Of a stretch of DNA of 64,000 nucleotides, positions 48,085 to 62,725 are shown piece after piece (position 1 is the stretch's first letter; each line of letters opens with the position of its first letter). The stretch lies in assembly GCF_009914755.1 (NCBI RefSeq), contig NC_060934.1. The stretch is one strand, 5' to 3'. The position numbers and the translations under genes were made by a program. Source of the DNA: the human T2T-CHM13v2.0 reference genome, Homo sapiens. A model generated the notes under the pieces. That model saw only the letters and a list, made by a program, of their open reading frames with translations, ran no database searches and was not told where the DNA came from.

Positions 48085-48284
48085 TCTAATTTACTATCAT
48101 CACAGATTCAGTTCTTCTAAATATTTAGTATATCTAGAAATATACAAGAAAAATATTTACAAGTAAAATACACAAGAAAATATCTCTAATTTACTATCAT
48201 CACAGATTCAGTTCTTCTAAATATTTAGTATATCTAGAAATATACAAGAAAAATATCTACAAGTAAAATACACAAGTAAATATC
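48085..48284. repeat. 100-bp tandem duplication (2 copies, 2 mismatches)
   Basis: Units start 'tctaatttactatcatcacagattc' at 48085 and 48185. Confidence 0.95.
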
Positions 48285-50297
48285 TTGTATATACAAGGAA
48301 AAAGCCTTGTTACATTGATGTTCTATAAAATCTTTTCAAGAAAAAATGTATGTTATTTGTTTGATCATCACAGGTTTTGTTTTGGATTCTTAAAACTTGA
48401 CACTAAGAAAGCTGTGTGCAGATGTCTTGATAAAAATTTTTATTTATACTGTGGAAATATTGTTTTTCCAAATAATACTTGAATTTTCCCATTCTTGCTC
48501 CAATTTTAAACAGGTTTGATGGACTAGGCATTAAACACTTCATCTTTTATTTTTTCCTCTTGTTTACAAAAGAAATTATGTTTCTGCTCATTTTGAAAGA
48601 AAGAACTTCAAGATGTTTTCCTGTGGTGACTTTTTGGGTCCAAGTATCTCCTAGCGAATACCATACAATTATGTTATCAACAAAACAGCTTTTCAGTACT
48701 GCGAGTAATTAGACCAAGTATAGACAATTTGAAAAGCTGGTAAAGACTACATTTGTAGAGAACTGAGAATTGTACTCCATTCTTCTCTTAAAAAAAGGAT
48801 AATAATATTTTATGGGCCTCAGTAGTATATACTAGAATTTTAAAGTTATATTTGTGATAATCCCCACCCTGAGTTATCAGAAAAGAGGAAAGCAAGTGTC
48901 AGTCTACATTTGGGAGAATTTCCTACAAATTTTATTATGCTTAGATGAACTTGGAATAAAAAAGTGGTATTACATATGTCTAGAGTTAAATGTTAAGTTT
49001 TGCTTTAAATGTATAATAAATAGGCAATGACTTTGCATGAGTCAGGACGCCTTGACCAAAGGAATGGTGTGATTTCTCTAAATAAGATAAAGCAATTGAT
49101 ACAACACGAATTAAACCAACACTCTTCTCTATCTGAGGAATAAATTATCTTCCAGCTGCTGATGTAGAAGCGTTAAGTAATACCCCCATATTGAAATAAA
49201 GGGATGTTGAGGCAACATTAAGAACTTTTTTAAAGAGGTATGAGGCCCAGATACAGAATGAGGGTTACTTAGGGCATATCTTGCTTTTTGAGGTGATAAT
49301 TTTGGACATAATTTAACTCCCCTAACATTTTCCATCAAAACAAGCCAAGCAAATATATCCAAATTGAATCCAGAGCTGCCAAGTCAGAATCTATGAGTGT
49401 TTACCATAACTGTCTGTCATCAACCACACCCTCATCAGAGAAAAGGCCACACCATTTGAGGATCTATTTTTCGATCTGGGAAGAAAAGGGGAAATGTCAT
49501 TAATAGCAAGTCTTTTTTTTCTCTTCTTTGTCCAAAATCATCAATAAATGAATTATTTTTCTATTTTTAATGTTTTAACTGTTCAATTCCACCAAGTCAT
49601 ATGAGTAGACAAGAGTAAACCAAGGCAAATTTTTCACCTGGTCCAGAAGATATTTTGCTATTTAGTCTATATAGATCACTCTCACCTTAGTCTTTTTCAT
49701 CTGCTTACATATTATGGCATCTTCATAACCACCAATATTATATTCCCTAAATATTTTTGTAACAGATTTCTAAATGTTATAACACAATAGTGTGACAAAA
49801 TCATATTTCAAAATACAATACAATCAAAGCCCTCCCTTCAGGCAATCCATAATTTTGTCTTGTCCCTTGATCCTTTTTCCAGACCACTAGAGCACTGATA
49901 ATTATTGTCTCGGGAAAGAGAGGTATGAAAAGAAAAATCAGGTTACCCCAGAAAAGATTTTGACAGTTTGAGTTCCTATTTCCAAAGAAAATTTAGTACT
50001 GAATAAAGTTTTAATTTCCTGAAATAGACACATTTCTTACCTCCTGAAATAAATATCTTAGGACAGAGAGACACAAGAACGGAATAATTAAGTATATAGA
50101 CATGTGGACCCCCGAGAAATAAAGAACCCAGATCCTGATAAAACTCTCCCAACAGGTTTAGGGTGTCCGAGGATGGAAGGAGCTTACGATCTCCATTCCA
50201 AGGTAGTTTAGAGGTGGAAACAGTATCCATAGAAGAAATGGCATCAATTTGTGTGCTAGCAGATAATCCAGGTCAAGTGTAAAAAAAGACAGCGAAA

Positions 50298-53200
50298 GAG
50301 GTGGGGGCCAAGAGAACTAACTAGAGGGAGCTGGTGTGTGTCAATCTCATTGAGAAAAGAAAGGCTGGCGAGTGGACACTAGCTCATCTGAAAAATCCAG
50401 GTGGAGACACACTGGAATTCATCAGGAAACAGCATAACACATAGAGAACAGAGGAGAGCAAGACAAGACAACTGCCCACCCTGGGGTGGCACAGAGTCAG
50501 GGGAGTCCTCCCACTGTGGAGAAACAGTGAGTAAGTGAGTCCCTGGGGACCCACCTTCTGCCATGGACTTTTGCATCCCTGGACTCAGGAGATCTCCCCC
50601 ATGAGCTCCCCACCGGTGCCTCCAGGCTGACACGGAGAACCATGTGGAGTCTTGGCAGAGCCATACTCAGGCACACAGGGAGTCCCAGGAGACTTGTATC
50701 CCCAGACACTCTGGCACCAGTGGCTGTAGCTCCTGCAGCAGTGGAGGCCAGACTTGCATGCCTCCAGTAAAGGGGCCAAATCCACGAGGCTGAGCAGTGA
50801 AACATTGCAGGCCTCATCTCAGCTGCACCTTGCAGGATAAGGCCTACTGTCCATTCCAGCCCCACCTGAGTTCCTGGGTCGGGAGCAGCTCTGTACTTCT
50901 CTGGGACGGAGCTCCCAGAGGGAGAGGCTGGCTGCCATTTTTGCTGCTCTGCAACCCTCCCTGTTTTTGCTCTTAGGCTTGGGAGGGACAGGGATTAGGG
51001 ACTAATGCCGACCCCCAACACAGCGCAGTTTCCTTACAGAAAAGCGGGTAGGCTGTTTTCCATGTGGGTCCACACCCTTGCTACTTCTCACCGGGCAGGG
51101 CTTCCCAACCTAGGACCTCGGCAACCCCCGACCTGGGCTCTTGGGCCAGTAGCAGCTCTGTACTTTCCTGGGACAGAGCTCCCAGAGGGCAAGGCAGGTC
51201 ACCATTTTTTGCTGCTCCACAGTCCTCATTCCTGTTGCCCTCAGGCTCAGGAGGGAATGTGGTGGTTGGAGACTGATGCAAACGCCCAGCACAGCACGGC
51301 AGCATTACAGAAAAGCAGCTAGACTGCTTTCTATGCAGGTCTCTGCCTCTGCTACTCTTTACTGCCCAGTGCCTCTGGACTTGGGCCCCTAGCACAACCA
51401 CCTTGTCAATGCCTAACACTTCAGTCAGTGGTGAGAAAACCCCAGAGACAATCCACAACCTCTCTGTGACTGCAGCTACCCTTGGGCTGGGGAGGAACAA
51501 AGGGCTTGGCCACTATGCAGGAACTCCAGCACACCACAGCCACAATATGGACAGAAGCCCAGTGTCTGTTTCCCGTGAGCCCCCACCTCTCACTCTTTAC
51601 CAGGCAGTGCCTAAGCTCGGGAGCACGGAACAGCCACCCCATCTCCAGCTGAGCATTCTCACTGCTAGTGGCTTTGTGTTTCCTTAAGGAGGGGCTCCTA
51701 CAGTCAACTAACAGCCACTCTGCCACTGCCACAGCAGTAGTTCTGCCCCTGCTGCCCTTGGACTGGAGAAGAAAGAAAGGGCCAAAGGTTTTACTCACTA
51801 TTCCAGGAGGACACAGTCATCATATAGAGAGAAGCCCAGACTGTCCTCCCTGTGAATCCTCAACCTCCCGTTCTTTACCCAGCCCAGGCCAGCAGTGCAG
51901 CCACCCCACACTCCCTGGCTGGACATTCCCAGTAGCAGCAGTTTTGAGTTTCCCTCAGGTTGAACACCCAGGGACAACCGAAAGCCCCTCTACCACTGCT
52001 GCTGCAGTGATATTGCCCTTGCTGCCCTCAGACTGAGGAGGGAGCAAAGACCCTGAGTGCTTTAGCCACACCTCCAGACAGCTGCATCACCCACAAGCTT
52101 GGTCCTACAATGCAGCCACCACACCCCAGGCTGACTGTACTGATTAGTAGTGGCTCTGTATTTTTCTGGGGTGGAGCACCAAGAGACAAGTGAAAGGCCA
52201 TCTGCCACAGCCACAGCCAAGGTCCCTTCCCTTGTTGTGTCTAAGCTGGGGAAAGAACATAAAGCCTGAGCTTGCCCCAGAGCTACAATGTGTAGCCTGG
52301 GAGTGCCAAACAGATATACAGCCAGCAGTCAAGTGCAAAAGGAGCCGACACTTTCAGATCACTGAGAAGGGGCACAACAATCCTTAGGAAATAGAGGAGA
52401 CTGACGAAGAGTCTACCTACTGGCCATTCCAGTTAAGTGCCATCTGCTGGATCACAGCCCAAACTTTACTATTAAAAATATTTTGCTAATATATTCTTCT
52501 GTGAAACCAAGGACAAGAGCTCAGTTACAAATAAAGGTCATGCACAAAACCTCACTCCTCTGAAAACATCTAAATAAACCAACTGACTGTACTCAAATTA
52601 GACAGTTGAAAGAACATCAGCGAACACAGATGAGAAAGAACCAGTGCAAGAACTTTGGCAACTCAAAAAACAAGTGTCTTCTTTCCTCCAAACAACTGTA
52701 CTAGTTCCCTAGCCAGGATTCTTAACTCAGCTGAAATAGTTGAAATGAAAGAAATAGAATTCAGAATATGGGTAGGAATGAAAATCATTGAGAATCAGGG
52801 AGGAAGTCAAAATCCAAACCAAGGAAACTAAGGATTACAATAAAACAATACAGGAGCTGGTAGATGAAATGGCCATTATAAGAATGAACCAAAATGATCT
52901 GATAGAGCTGAAAAACACACTACAAGAGTTTTATATTGTGATTGCATTAACAGCAGAAGAGACCAAACTAAGGAAAGAATCAGAGAGCGTGAAGACTGGC
53001 TCTCTGAACTAACTAAGAAGGACAAAAGTAATAATTAAAAAAAGAATAAAAAAGAATGGACAAAACCCCTGAAACATATGGGATTATGTGAAGAGACCAG
53101 ATCTACCCCTCATTGGCGTCACTGAGGGAAATGGGGAAAAAGCAGGCAACTTGGAAAACATATTTCAGGATATTGTCCATGAAAACTTCCCAACCTCACT

Positions 53201-56200
53201 AGAGAGGCCAATATTAAAATTTAAAAACTGCAGAGAACTGCAAGATACTATATAAGAAGACAATCCCCAAAACACATAATTATCAGATTCTCTTTCATTC
53301 TTTTTAAAATGAAAGAAAAAAATATAAAGGCAGCTAGAAAGAAAGAGCAGGAAACCTACAAAGAGAACCCATCAGGCTAACAGTGGACCTTTCAGCAGAA
53401 ACCCTATAAGCCAGAAGAGATTGGGGGCCTATGTTCAGCATTCTTAAATAAAAGAATTTCAACCCAAGAATTTCATGTCCAGTGAAACTGAGCTTCATAG
53501 GCAAAAAAGAAATAAAATACTTTTCAGACAAGCAAATTCTAAGGGAATTTATTACAACCAGGCCTGCCTTATAAGAGCTCCTGAAAGGAGTGCTACATGT
53601 GAACAGCCACTACAAAAACACACTTAAATACACAGATCTCTGACACTATAAAGCAATGACATAAGTCTACATAATATCCAGCTAACAATATGATGACAGG
53701 CTCAAATTCACACACATCAATATTAACACTGAATGTAAATGGGCTAAATGACACAATTTAAAGCTGGATAAAGAAGCAAGGACCAACGTTATGCTGTCTT
53801 TAAGAGGCCCATCTCACATGCAATGACATCCATAGGCCCAAAGTAAAGGGTTGGAGAAAAGTCCACCAAGAAAACAGAAAATAGAAAAAGCTGAAGTTGC
53901 TATCCAAATTTCAGACAAAAAGAGACTTTAAATCAACAAACATCACAAAAGACAAAGATGAGCTTTACATAATGGTAAAGGATACAATGCAATAAGAAGA
54001 TCTAAATATCCCAAATATATATGCATCCAACACAGGAGCACCCAGATTCATAAAGCAAGTTCTTACAGACCTACAAAGAGACTTCGATTTCCACACAATA
54101 GTGGGACATTTCAATACCCCATGGACAGTAATAGACAGATGATGGAGGTGACAAAGTGAAAAAGATATTTAGGACCTGAATTCAACAATTGAACAAATGG
54201 ACATAATAGACATCTATAGAACTCTCCACCCAAAAACAACAGAATATACATACTTCTCATCACCACATGGCACATACTTTAAAATTGACCACACAATTGG
54301 ACATCAAAACAATCTGTAACAAATTGAAGAAGACTAAAATCATACCAACCACACTCTCTGAACATGGTGCAATAAAAACAGAAATCAATACTAAGAAAAA
54401 CATTCAAAACCATACAATTACATGGAAATTAACCACTTGTTCCTCAATTATCTCTGGGTAAACAATAAAATTAAGGCAGAAATAAAATATTTCAAACTAA
54501 TGAAAACAAAGATCCAGCATACCAGAATCTCTGGGGCACAGCTAAAGCAGTGTTAAGAAAGAAGTTTATAGCACTAAATGCCCACATTAAAAAAGTCAGA
54601 AGGATATCAAATGAACAATCTAGCATCACATCTACAGGAACTAGAGAAACAAGAGCAAACCAAACTCAAAGCTAGCAGAAGACAAGAAATAACCAAAATC
54701 AGAGCTCAACTGAAGTAAATTGAGATGCAAAGACCATATAAAAGATAAATGAATTTAGGAATTATCTTAGTTATTTGAAAGAATTAATTAGATAGATGGA
54801 TGAATAGCTAGACAAATAAGAAAAAAAAAGAGAAGATCCAACTAAACACAATCAGAAATGACTGACTGAATGAAAAAAGACATTACCACTGACCCCACAG
54901 AAATATAAAAGAACACTCAGAGACTATGAACACCTCTGTGTACACAAGCTAAGAAACCCAAGAGGAAATGGATACATTCCTGGAACCATTCAACCTCCCA
55001 AGTTTGTGTTAAAAAGAAACTGAATCCCTAAACAGACCAATAATGAATTTTGAAATTGAATCAGTAAATAAAGAGCCTACCAACTAGGAAAAGCCCAGGA
55101 CCAGATAGATTCACAGCCAAATTCTACCACATGTATAAAGAAGAGCTGGTACCATCCCTACTGAAACTATTCCAAAAAATTGAGGAGGAGGCATCCCTCC
55201 CTCACTCTATGAGGCCAAAATCATCTTGATACCAAAACCTGGCAGAGACACAACAACAACAAAAAAGAAAACTTCAGGCCAATATCTTTGCTGAACACAG
55301 ATCCAAAAATCTTCAACAAAATACTGGCAAACCAGCAGCACATTGAAAAGCTAATCCACCACAATCAAGTAGGTTTTATGCCTGGGATGCAAGGTTGGTT
55401 CAATATAGGCAAATCAACAGAAGTGATTCACCACAGAAACAGGACTAAAAACAAAAACTACATGATCATCTCACTAGATGCAGAAAAGGATTTCAATAAA
55501 ATTCCACATACTTTCATGTTAAGAACGCTTAACAAACTAGGCATTGAAGGAACATACTTTAAAATAATAAAAGCCATCTATGACAAATGCACAGCCAACG
55601 TCACACTGAATGGGCAAAAGCTGGAGGCATTCTCCTTGAAAAGAGAAACGAGATAAGGATGTCCTCTCTTATTGCCACTCATCATAATAATGGAAGTCCT
55701 GGCCAGAGCAATAAAGCAATAGAAAGAAAGAAAACCCACCCAATTAGGAAGAGAGGATGTCAAACTACCCCTGTTTGCAGATGATATGATTCTACACCTA
55801 GAAAACCCCATAGTCTTTGTCCAAAACTCCTTGATCTAATAAACAACTTCAGCAAAGTTTCAGGATACCAAATCAATGTACAAAAATCAGTAATAGCATT
55901 CCTATGTACCAACAACATCCAAGCTGAGGACCAAATCAAGAATGCAATCCCATTTGCAATAGTTACACAAAAAAGTACCTAGGAATACAACTAACCAGGG
56001 TGGTGAAAAATCTCTACAATGAGAATTTAAAATATTGCTCAGTGAAATCAAAGATGACAGAAACAAATTGAAAAACATTCCATGCTTGTGGATAGAAAGA
56101 ATCAATATCATTAAAATGGCCATACTGCCCAAAACAAAGTACAGATTCAATGCTATTCCTATTAAACTACCAAAGACATTATTCACAAAACCAGAAAAAT

Positions 56201-57697
56201 GTATTCTAAAATTCATATCAAACCAAAAATGAGCTTGAATAGCTAAGACAATCCAAAGCAAAAAGAAAAAAGCTGAAGATATCACATTTCTTGACTTCAA
56301 ACTATACTACAATGCTACGGTAACCAAAACGGCATTGTCCTGGTACAAAAGCAGACATATAGACCAATGGAACAGAATAGAGATCCCAGAAATAATGCTG
56401 CATACTTATAAGCATCTGATGTACAACAAAGTAAATAAAAACAAGCAATGGAGAATGGACTCCCTATTCAGCAAATGATGCTGGGATAACTGGCTATACA
56501 TATGTAGAAAAATGAAACTGGACCCCTTCCTTACACCATGTACAAAAATCAACTCAAGATGGATTGAAGACTTCAATGTCAAACCTAAAACTATAAAAAC
56601 ACAAAGATAACCTCGGAAATATCATTCTGGACATAAGCCCTGGCAAAGATTTCATAACAGAGATGCCAAAAGCAATTTTAACAACAGCAAAAATGACAAG
56701 TGTGACTTAATTAAACTAAAGAGCTTCTGCATAGCAAAAACAAAACAAAACGAAACAAAAAAACTATCAACAGAGTAAACAGGCCACATACAGAATGGGT
56801 GAAAATGCTTACAAACTACGCATCTGACAAAGGTCAAATATCCAGAATCTATAAGGAACTTACAAATCAACAAGCAAAAAGCAAACCTCCCACTTAAAAA
56901 GTGGGCAAAAGATATGAACGCACACTTTTCAGAAGAAGACATACATATGGTGAACAAGGATATGAAAAAATGCTCATCATCACTAATCATGAGAGCAATG
57001 CAAATCAAAACCACAATGAGATACCATCTCACACCAATCAGAATTGCTATTAAAAAGTAAAAAAGAAAAAAAAAACATGCTGGTGAGGTTGAGGAGAAAA
57101 TGGAACAAAGCAGTTTGGTGATTTCTCAAGGAACTCAAAGCAAAATGACCATTTGACCCAGCAATCCCATTTTTAGGTATATACCCAAAGATAAACAAAT
57201 TGTTGTACCATAAAGACACATGCACATGTATCATTAGTATCATGCTATTCACAGTAATAAAGACATGAAATCAATCAACCTAAATGCCCATCAATGGTAG
57301 ACTAAAGAAAATGTGGCACATATATGCCATGGAATAACTATGCAGCCATAAAAAAGAATGAGATCATGTCCTTTGCAGCAACATGGATGCAACTAGAAGC
57401 CATTATCCTAACTGAACTAACATAGGAACAGAAAACCAAATACTGCATGTTCTCACTTAGAAGCTGAAGGTAAACGTTGAGTACATAGGGACACAAAGAT
57501 GGGAACAACATACATTGGGGGCTGCTTGAGGGTGGACAGATGGAGGAGAGTGAGGATAAAAAAACTACCTATAAGGTACTATGTTCATTACCTGAGTGGC
57601 AAAATAATCTGTACAGTCAAACCCTGTGACACACAATTTACCTGTATAACAAACCACACATGTATCTATGAACCTAAATTAAAAGCTTTAAAGAAAG
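50298..57697 (+). mobile_element. Near full-length old L1 (L1PA13-16-like), about 7.4 kb, with long GC-rich repeated 5' UTR; antisense to the gene
   Basis: 5' 'gaggtgggggccaag'; ORF1 remnant from about 52630, ORF2 remnant from about 53690 (ORFs 55288, 56035); old-type 3' UTR and A-tail. Confidence 0.92.
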
Positions 57698-57819
57698 AAA
57701 AGTGTTGGAAATTACTCAGAATCATTTGAATTACTCACCCGACCATTCCCTAAACCTTTTGAATTAAAATAATAATATGTTTTCAGTTACAAGAGACAAC
57801 ATATGTTAAGATATAACAT

Positions 57820-58122
<303 letters not shown>

Positions 58123-58157
58123 AAGATATAATATGTATTTATCAAAGTTTTATGAGT

Positions 58158-58610
58158 TACAATAACAAAGACATGGAATCGACCTAGATGCTCATCAACA
58201 GTGAATTAGATAAATACAAGGGGGTACATATACACCATGGAACACTATGCAGCCATAAAAAAGAATAAAATCATGTCCTTTGCAGTAACATAGATAACAG
58301 CTTGAGGCCATTATCCTAAACAAATTAATTCAGGAGCATAAAACCAAATACTGCATGTTCTCACCTCTAAATGGTAACTAAATATTGGGTACTCCTGGAC
58401 ATAAAAATAGCCACTGAAAATTAATAGACAGAAATTGGGTGGGGTAGGAAGTGAAGAAGCGGGGGTTGAGAAACTAATTATTGGGTACTATATTCACTAT
58501 CTAGTTGACAAGGTCATTCATATCCCAAACCTCAGCATCATGCAATACACTTATGTAACAAATGTGAACATGTAATGCCTGAATCTAAAATAAAATATGA
58601 AAATGTAAAA
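58158..58610 (+). mobile_element. L1PB-like 3' fragment
   Basis: ORF2 end and 3' UTR ending 'gaatctaaaataaaa'. Confidence 0.85.
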
Positions 58611-60454
58611 TAAGACACTAAAAAAAGAAAAGGTAGTGGAATACTTCCGTGTTTCACTGTGACTGAAGAATTATCTTAAAAAAATAAAATCCATACCCCA
58701 AAATTTTATGGTCAAGAACATTAACCTACTGGAAAAATACAGTTATACTAATTATGTATTGGTGAAATCTTTTTTCACATCATTACTTTGTTGTCTAAGA
58801 AAACCACTAGCATATGGCTAGCTATTTAGCAGGATAACAATCATACTACAACCTAAGAAAAGTGATGATTTCTTCTTCCATCATTTCAAATAAAAGAAAA
58901 TCTTATTTGTAGTCCCTATAATATGAGAATTGTAGAAAAGTTGCCTATGACCTTCTTTTCCTTAGGACCCTGGATACATATAGTCTTCTACTAAGGTCCC
59001 TCAGAGACATTTGTGTTGCACATGCAGAATCTGAATGATCTCACATAATAGCTTTGCTATTGTAGTACTGGCCACTAAACAAAATAAAAATAAAAATAAA
59101 GAAAAAGGGAGTAATCCTCAGGAACTTTTATTTTTAGGAATAAATGTATCTGCACTTTCCCATAGTCTTCAGGTAACCAACAGAAACCAAATGATATGGA
59201 ATTGTCAGTAATTTATCATAGGTAAATTCTGCTAAACAATTCACCTTAAACACATAATGGACTTTAACTATAATCACTTCAAAAGAACAAATGAAAAGGC
59301 ATTCATGGGAACAAAATACAACCTGAAAATATAATACTGGCAAAGATTAAGTGAACATAGATGCCTAGAGTTATCTGCATGATCTCCAGGATTAGATAAC
59401 CTAACAAAGTTGGTAAGTCATGTAACTTTGATCCCACTCAGCTCTTACACATTTTAGCGACTATATGAAGCATGAATAGTATCACCATGTAGTAGACAAT
59501 ATGTGGTTGCCAATATTTCATTCCAATCCTATGGTATGATCCTGCAACTAAACATTTATTAAAAATGTCCACATCTTTCCACATTTTTCTATCTAAGCCC
59601 ATAGATTTCATTGTTTTTTAACATAGAAACTTGATATCTATAGTCACTTGGTAAAATCTGAGCCATAATTATCAATTATATTTTTGGGGGTAGAACATAG
59701 ATACAACTGTGAATAAAATATAAATCAAAACATGTATACTAAAGTTAAATTGTTTATTCAACTAATTACTCATATTCATCTATTTTATTCATGGTCATTG
59801 AAATACTCTATAGGCTTCTTTGCAAGTGCTTCATTTATCTTATAGATCTTCTGTCTTTTTCCTCCCTCCACTGCCCTTGCTCTGTGCAGGTATCTCTATT
59901 CCTTTCTGACCAGCCCTTTTTCATCATTCCAGGTCTATTCAGGAAGCAGAAAAAAACACTTTAAATAAGACTTTTTTAAGTTTCTATTTTCTTCCCTTAC
60001 CAAAACAAAAATTTTTACAATGTACCATGATAGTGAATGAACTTTTACTTTATATTGCCTAAGAAATTATTGTCATGTAAAGTCATTTTTTAGTAATATA
60101 CTCATTTAGTAAAGTAACTTGAGGATTTTTGTATATGTATCTTTGTAATTGAAGTAAATTTCTCAATATGGGATTCAGATGTCTTGTATAAGAAACATCT
60201 GTGTACTTTTCTCAAATGCTGATGTTTATGATGGTCCCCATGGGACAGGTCCTTCTTTGGGGAAGGAGTAGAGAAATCTGAAAGTTTAAGATGACACTCA
60301 GAGGATCACTGTATGTACTACTATTTGAGAACTGATCAACTTACAGTACTTCTTCTCATGTCTACTTTTGTCTCTTAAAAATCACTAGAAATTCAAAAAG
60401 TTAAAAATGCCATGCTCTTTCAGGCAATCATCTGGCACATGGTATTATAATAAA

Positions 60455-60570
60455 TGGGATAACAAATCCAGAGAGGTTAACAAAGTCCCCAAGGTCATAG
60501 AGCTTAAAAAGGGTTGAGCCAGAATTTAACCTCAATTCCATCTAACTTGGAAGCTTATTTCATTCCAGAG
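60455..60570 (+). mobile_element. MIR fragment
   Basis: 'cagagaggttaacaaagtccccaaggtcatagagc...gagccagaatttaacc'. Confidence 0.65.
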
Positions 60571-60990
60571 GTTTGGGCCCTAAATTAATTTTAGGGCCTA
60601 AGAACTCTTGGCCCTTCAGAGTCATATATAAAATTTTTTTAGTTGAAGGATTTGTACCAAATAATTATGCCTGATGCTGTGGAATTTGAACTAAAATCTA
60701 GTCTAGAGAGGTTAGGACTTGATGGAAGTCACAGAGCTGATGCAGACTCAAATTTCCATGGTCTTTGTACACATATTTACTGCCTCTTTCAAATTTATAT
60801 TTTATAGTCAAAAATATAGTTATTTCTTATGTATTCATAAATATTTCCATTGGAAAATCTATGTTATGGGTCTGGTACCACTGTGTCATTAGGAATTGTT
60901 ATCAAAACATATTATAGGTATAATAGAAGGAACAAAACCTACATGTAGAGAGAACAAAGCAGGCAACCAGAAGTCATCTCTAGCCCTTAC

Positions 60991-61215
60991 CTTTACAATC
61001 ACTGTGACAGTAGCAATACCAGGTGGCATTGTTCCATAAATATCAAAGGCCTCTACCAGAAAAGTGATACTTGCTTCTTGGTCTGGAAATGCCTCATAAT
61101 CTAAACTCCTTAAAAGCGATAGTTCTCCTGTAAATGGATGTAGTGCAAAAAAGTGCTTCACTTCTGGGCTTCTTATCCGGTAAGACACATTTGCTCCAAG
61201 GTCGACATCTTTGGC
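60991..61215 (-). CDS. PCDH15: PCDH15 coding exon, 225 nt, phase 0/0 (probably exon 20): [19 protein letters not shown]...[12 protein letters not shown]...TVTVIVK
   Basis: Acceptor ttacag|GCC, donor AAG|gtaagg; contained in ORF 60889..61257; LDYE motif. Confidence 0.97.
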
Positions 61216-61384
61216 CTGTAATAAGCAGAAGAATAGTTTTATTAGTGACGTTACCAAAATAAAGAAATGCAGGAAGGATGGAAGTCATGCGTTAGTGCCT
61301 AGGACAGCATCAATTTAACGAGGACAAAAAGACACGTTTTTTGTTTTTGTTTTTTAAAAAAGCACATTATTTAATAATTTACCA

Positions 61385-61477
61385 GGGAAGAGAAGGAGGG
61401 ATGGGGGAGAGAAAGATGGAGGCAGGGAGGAAAGGAGGGAGACAGTGAGAGGGAGAGTCAGAGAGAGAGAGAGAGGG
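61385..61477. repeat. Purine-rich (GA)n tract
   Basis: Direct reading. Confidence 0.85.
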
Positions 61478-62149
61478 ATCTTTCTATAAGATTTTGTCAT
61501 TGTTGACGTTATTACTGTATCTGTTTAACTTGAAAAATCACTAAATGAACTATATCACAGTAAAAAAATAAATATTGTCTTAAATGACTGTTTCTTATTT
61601 TCTACTGATTTGATAATCATGAACAAATATTTTAAATAAAAATAAATACTGAGTGATTTCCATAAACATAATAGATGGCTAAAGTACTATAAGAAAACTG
61701 AGAAAATATAAGTAGTAATTATTTGTCACAGGGATCCTATAATACATTTCTAGAGATCACTCTACCATACTTCCTTTGATTTAACTAGGATTTGAGTAGT
61801 AGTTACGCACAAGGTGCTGTAGAGAGCACCAAAATGAATCCAGACACAATTACTGCCCTACAGGTTATGGTCTCAGAGAAGAAACAAGACACAAATACTA
61901 AAATAGAAAGGAAAAAAATGTGACATGCTATCTAAAAGATGTTCTAAATTGGGAACGATATCCTTTAGCTGAAAGGATGGGTTTTCATGGGAGTCTTGTA
62001 GAATGGCTATTTCACTCAGCAGTACAGACTGGCAAATGCACCTCAGGTACAGAAAACCGAATGGAGCAAGAATGAAAATGGGGAAGATCCAGAGTATGCT
62101 ATAATGTGCATTTTTAAATGCAAACACCTCCTATGGTGAACCTCAGCCT

Positions 62150-62725
62150 TGGTCTCCTCCAATCAATTACTGACTTAACAATCAGAAAGATGCTATTAAA
62201 GCATACATTTTATTATGTGGTTTTTCCTGCTTAAAATCCCCTGGTTTTTAATTCAACTTTCAATCAACGCCATTATCCTTAACATGGTAAGAGCCACTAC
62301 ATTTTCTAGACCTTTAGCCCCTCACCCCTCACACTTTCCCATCTTCCATGATTTTGACCAGGCTTTTTCCCCCCAACTACTTTGAACAATCTTTCTTCCT
62401 TTTCTGCTTGGATAGCTCTTACTTGTCCCTCAGTTCACCATTTAGAAATAAGTTTCTCTAGCAAATATTCTCTTTGCCTTAAGATTAGGTTAGGAGCTCC
62501 ACCTCTATTACCTAGGCCCTTTGTACTGAGGACCTACGTTTTAACTACTAATTTTCTTGACTGATAGCTAAACCAGCCTGAAAACTCGAAGAAAGCAGTA
62601 AATTTGTTTTGTTCACCTTTGTATCCCCAAAGTCTTTGCATCCCCTAGGACAGCATGAATTTAACAACACCAGCAGGAGACTTGGCATACTATACATACT
62701 GAAGACATGTTTGTTAAATAAATAA
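62150..62725 (+). mobile_element. Degenerate L2 3' portion
   Basis: 'ttgttttgttcacctttgtatcccc...ttggcatac...catgtttgttaaataaat'. Confidence 0.6.

Noticed and set aside
50379-52387. Cluster of 60-140 aa ORFs in a GC-rich region suggesting a gene or CpG island
   Set aside because: It is the repeated 5' UTR of an old L1 and leads directly into L1 ORF1.
57722-57790. Strong minus-strand donor CGG|GTGAGT near 57740
   Set aside because: No convincing upstream acceptor or pyrimidine tract; probably a chance match.
60889-61257. ORF-track extensions beyond the exon (also 63579-63689)
   Set aside because: Read-through past canonical splice sites into intron; only the spliced part is cadherin-like.
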